From positions 744,001 through 808,000 of the forward strand of contig NIVC01000006.1 of the NCBI GenBank assembly GCA_002269645.1: a stretch of DNA of 64,000 nt. The letters run 5' to 3'. The stretch comes from Macrostomum lignano. Lineage: Eukaryota. Below, in pieces: positions 60,708 to 64,000 of this stretch; the first letter of the stretch is position 1; every line of letters begins with the position of its first letter. The notes under the pieces are model-generated. The model ran no database searches. It worked only from the letters and a program-made list of their open reading frames with translations, and was not told where the DNA came from. The position numbers were made by a program, and so were the translations under genes.

Positions 60708-61988
60708 GGTCACATGACTGCACCCTTTTATTAGATCTGTGACGAATACTAGTGAGGCGGCCTCGAGAATAAGCGAAGGCAAACGAATGCGGCAGAGGCA
60801 AATTTGTAGCGGTAGCACTTGGCCGTTAATATCAGTTAAAGTTAATGCTAAAGCAATCAATCGCTGCAGACTTGGTTTATTGTCAACAGAAATACTAGTT
60901 GGATTCGTAATAATGCACTGGCGGCTACACAACACCAAGTTAGATAGCTTAGGTAGTAGAAGTGGCGTGGCTGAGAGTGGCAAAGGGGAGGCGGAGAGAG
61001 AAGGCAAGTAAACAAGTAAAGGCGGCAAGAGCCTACAGGCGGGGACGCAAAGCCAGGCGGGACGAGGTTGGCGGCGGAGCAAAGGAGCGGAGCGGAGGAG
61101 AGGAGCGGAGTCAAAACAGGGTCTGAACGGGTCTAAACCCCGAGCGCACGGCCAGACAGAACTGATAAGGAGCGGGCTGGGGGTGTGGCGCGCGAGAGTA
61201 ATTAATATAATTAATGCGCGGCTTTTCTATTGGCCGGCTGAGAAAAACAGGAATAGAAATTATCGATCGCGCGCTGTACGCAGGGTTTACAATTGTACGC
61301 AGCTGATTAAAATTCTTTGGGCACTACTTTAAGCAGACGTAAGAATACGAAACCAGTAATATTAAAGATTTGGTACCGTATTTCAAAACGGCCCTTGGCG
61401 GGGCTACGTAAACTAACAACGTCACATCTATTTATTGCTAAGCCTGCGGCTACTGTTTCACCAAGTGGCCGGGCCAAAAGGCAAGCGACTCTATTATCAA
61501 GTCTCTATATTTCACTTTGCTAATTTTATTCTTAATTGACTGTACTCGATACGAATTGATATACCAAACGGAGGCTTGCTTACACTGTACCTCTTTCATT
61601 TAGTTTTAGGAGGAACGAACTTTTTGTGGCGGTGATTGGGAGGCCGGGGCCCCCCGCCTTCGGTTAACTCTCGAAGCCGCTGTACCCGGGCACAACGCAA
61701 ACTTCGGGTTGCTTTCAACGGAAGCTTCAGAAATATGTACATCACTCGTGACTTTATACGCTTCTTAGATGTATTTCCCAAAAAAACACTGATTAAGTGT
61801 GTCAATCCATTAAATTTAAACCAACACAAAAACACTTACAAGACAAATTTATTAGTGCAAACACTAGAAGTACTTGTATTGGTCTGGCTTTCTCTGAACT
61901 ACATTATACCTAGCTAGAGTACGTGGAACGGCACCATTGCTTGTGGTGTGGAAAATGCTTTGCATGTACATAAAGGCGGTACATAGCT

Positions 61989-62257
61989 AATAATAATAAT
62001 AAATTAATTGATTACACCTGTCCATGGGCAGATGTGCAGCTGACAGTTCAGCCGCAGCTATTGCGCGGCGCATCTGAAGGCTGAAGGCTGCGTACGGCTG
62101 TTCAGTCCAAGGACTGGGGGGTCGCCACACGCACCCTCAATTACCCCAGTTAATGCTGGCACCCTGCATTTTACAGCTGGGACACAAATTTTTCCAGTTG
62201 GATCGGGAAATCGAACCCCCACCGACGCTCTAACCACTAGCTAGGCTACAGCCCCCC
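61989..62257 (-). mobile_element. tRNA-derived SINE family 1, copy 3
   Basis: Reverse complement: GGGGCTGTAGCCTAGCTAGTGGTTAGAGCG...GGTTCGATTTCC, same body, (ATT)n tail. Confidence 0.82.
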
Positions 62258-62685
62258 TAGAATCTGTAGCCAGCAAATGCTGTTTACAAGTAGCATAAGC
62301 AGCTACACACAATCCGAACAGTCGAAGGTCATTTCAAAGCCTCTATTATCATGTGACTTTCATACAAGTAGCTCACTCTAAACGCATAGCGCAATTAGTA
62401 ACGGCAGGTTTTGCAGCACCTCGGCCGCTGGTACGTTCATGCGTGCAAAGCTTAAACACACCCCTGTCAGCGATAATGGTTGCCATGGCAACTATACGTG
62501 TATACCAAATTTGAAGTCGGGAAAGATAGCGAGGGTCACAGAAACCCTGATTAAGTCGCGATTAATGACACTCGAGTATATCAGCCTTCTGTTTCGCTTC
62601 AAGCGGCTGAAACTCGATTTTAAATCTAGAATTTAACTGCAGTCGCAATTAAAAATTTTCGACTGACTGGCCCTAAATACGAGCC

Positions 62686-62843
62686 ATGAAACCTCGATTG
62701 AATGTCGTTTTGGTTGCTTCCGCTGGTCTGCTGCTTGCGGCAGCCAGCATCTGCGTGCAGCGGGCTGGCGCCGTGAAAACGAACTGCTTCCCAGAGCTCA
62801 AGCAGAATGAGGATCCTGGAAGAGAGCGCTGCGAACAACGAAA
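62686..62843 (+). CDS. GH31 alpha-glucosidase (GAA/MGAM-like), exon 1: signal peptide + trefoil start
   Basis: gccATG MKPRLNVVLVASAGLLLAAASICVQRAGAVKTNCFPE..RERCEQR; donor AA|GTAAGA, phase 2 (missed by the ORF track). Confidence 0.72.
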
Positions 62844-62999
62844 GTAAGACAATGACTGTGCAATCGGATTTTCAACTTTGATCTTTGACCTTGTGATCCC
62901 AACTGATTGTGGAGCAGTAAACCCGGGTTCAGTCACATAATTTTGGGATCTGTGGTTGGCGTACATTCTTTACGACGTTTAAGTCGGGGATGCTATACT

Positions 63000-63208
63000 C
63001 AGTGGCGGATCCAGAGTTTCATTTTGGGGGGGGGTGGTCCAAGTTTGGGGCGCCAACACGAGTGTAAGGGGCGCCAATTTTTAAGCTAGGGGGCGCAAAA
63101 AATGCACGTAGGGGGCGAAAAATTGGGGGGCGCAATATGTTCGGTTAAGCTATTTTGGGGGGGGAGGGCGGCCGCCCCCCCCCCCCCCCCCCCCCAAATC
63201 CGCCCCTG
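63000..63208. mobile_element. hAT-type MITE in intron 1 of the GH31 gene
   Basis: CAGTGGCGGAT...ATCCGCCCCTG with 8-bp TSD GCTATACT (62992-62999, 63209-63216). Confidence 0.88.
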
Positions 63209-63319
63209 GCTATACTGTACACCCTACATACAGCCTAAGCATTTAGCATTTCTTGAAGAATCCATGAGTATGCCATAGCTGGAGCTGACTCATCTTTTTG
63301 ACGCATTTTGACTCGGCAG

Positions 63320-63536
63320 ATGCGAATACGAAGGTCAACAGAGTGATAACTCACCCTCCTGCCTCTGGACAAGAGGCGGCTACATAGTCTCGAGTGTCAC
63401 TGAGAACACCAACACCCAATATTCGGCAGTTCTTACACGTCAACAAGACTACAATGGACCGTTCCCAGGAAGCCGAGATCTTGACGAGCTGCGATTCTCA
63501 GTCAAGGCAATTTCGGACAACGGCTTGAGAATCACG
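63320..63536 (+). CDS. GH31 alpha-glucosidase, exon 2 (gene continues beyond window)
   Basis: Acceptor tcggcag|A; CEY..SPSCLWTRGGYIVSSV..QYSAVLTR..LDELRFSVKAISDNGLRIT ~ GAA PWCF..SYKL..GYTATLTR..ILTLRLDVMMETENRLHFT; donor ACG|GTTGAG. Confidence 0.72.
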
Positions 63537-64000
63537 GTTGAGTGCCTTCAATTGTTTCGTATTTTTCATAAAAATCCTTGTAGAAAGTAGATTTTTGTGT
63601 AACTTACCATGCAAGCCGTAGAAACTAAGTTCTGCGCACATCCTACCGTTATAGATCTAAGAGAATTTAGCCTTTAGCTTTCCTTTACCCTTGGAGTAAA
63701 TTTTCATTTACGATAGCTGGTAGGCTAGACTTAGTATACATTTTACAATAAGTAAGTGGTTTATCGTGCAAGTTCCTATAGATTTTCTCGCTAGAATGAC
63801 TACTCTGAATAATTTAATAAAAGGCATTTTTGGATGAAATGACTCATGAGTTTCAGTTTAAACGTGCGATAGGCCAGGTCTGGTTACTTTGTCAGCTGGT
63901 CTTTACCTCTGAGTCACGCTTTTCTCCTCTTCTATACTCTTCGCTTTAGTAGGCAATCTCTTACAACTCTGTAGAGTTGAACCGAACGATATAAAATTTT

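Noticed and set aside
62626-62966. Minus-strand ORFs from the track
   Set aside because: They are antisense shadows of the plus-strand GH31 exon 1

Overview
Eukaryotic (animal) genomic DNA with GC-rich exons in AT-rich, satellite-stuffed introns. The style suggests a free-living flatworm such as Macrostomum, but that is inference only. Bases 1-29 kb hold seven co-oriented minus-strand genes. From right to left these are GNPTG, neurochondrin (NCDN), an orphan 149-aa ORF, PLPBP/PROSC, an orphan single-pass protein with an LDLa-like module, RPA3, and an unidentified gene running off the window start. Bases 29-47 kb are a transposon graveyard (mariner, hAT remnant, several MITE families, non-autonomous Helitron). 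ATG9 (+, 4 exons, 47.4-56.5 kb) carries in intron 2 a 3455-bp P-element/THAP9-type transposon with TIRs and an 8-bp TSD, inserted into the head of a tRNA-derived SINE. The right end has a full-length dead mariner, more SINEs, a GPCR fragment and the first two exons of a GH31 alpha-glucosidase. Main highlights: (i) NCDN has no obvious genomic start codon, and its first exon opens in frame at a strong acceptor, as expected if a spliced leader ending in AUG supplies the Met within a possible operon; (ii) the P transposase is interrupted only by two single-G losses in G runs and may be intact. All gene identities come from recognising motifs by eye; no searches were run.
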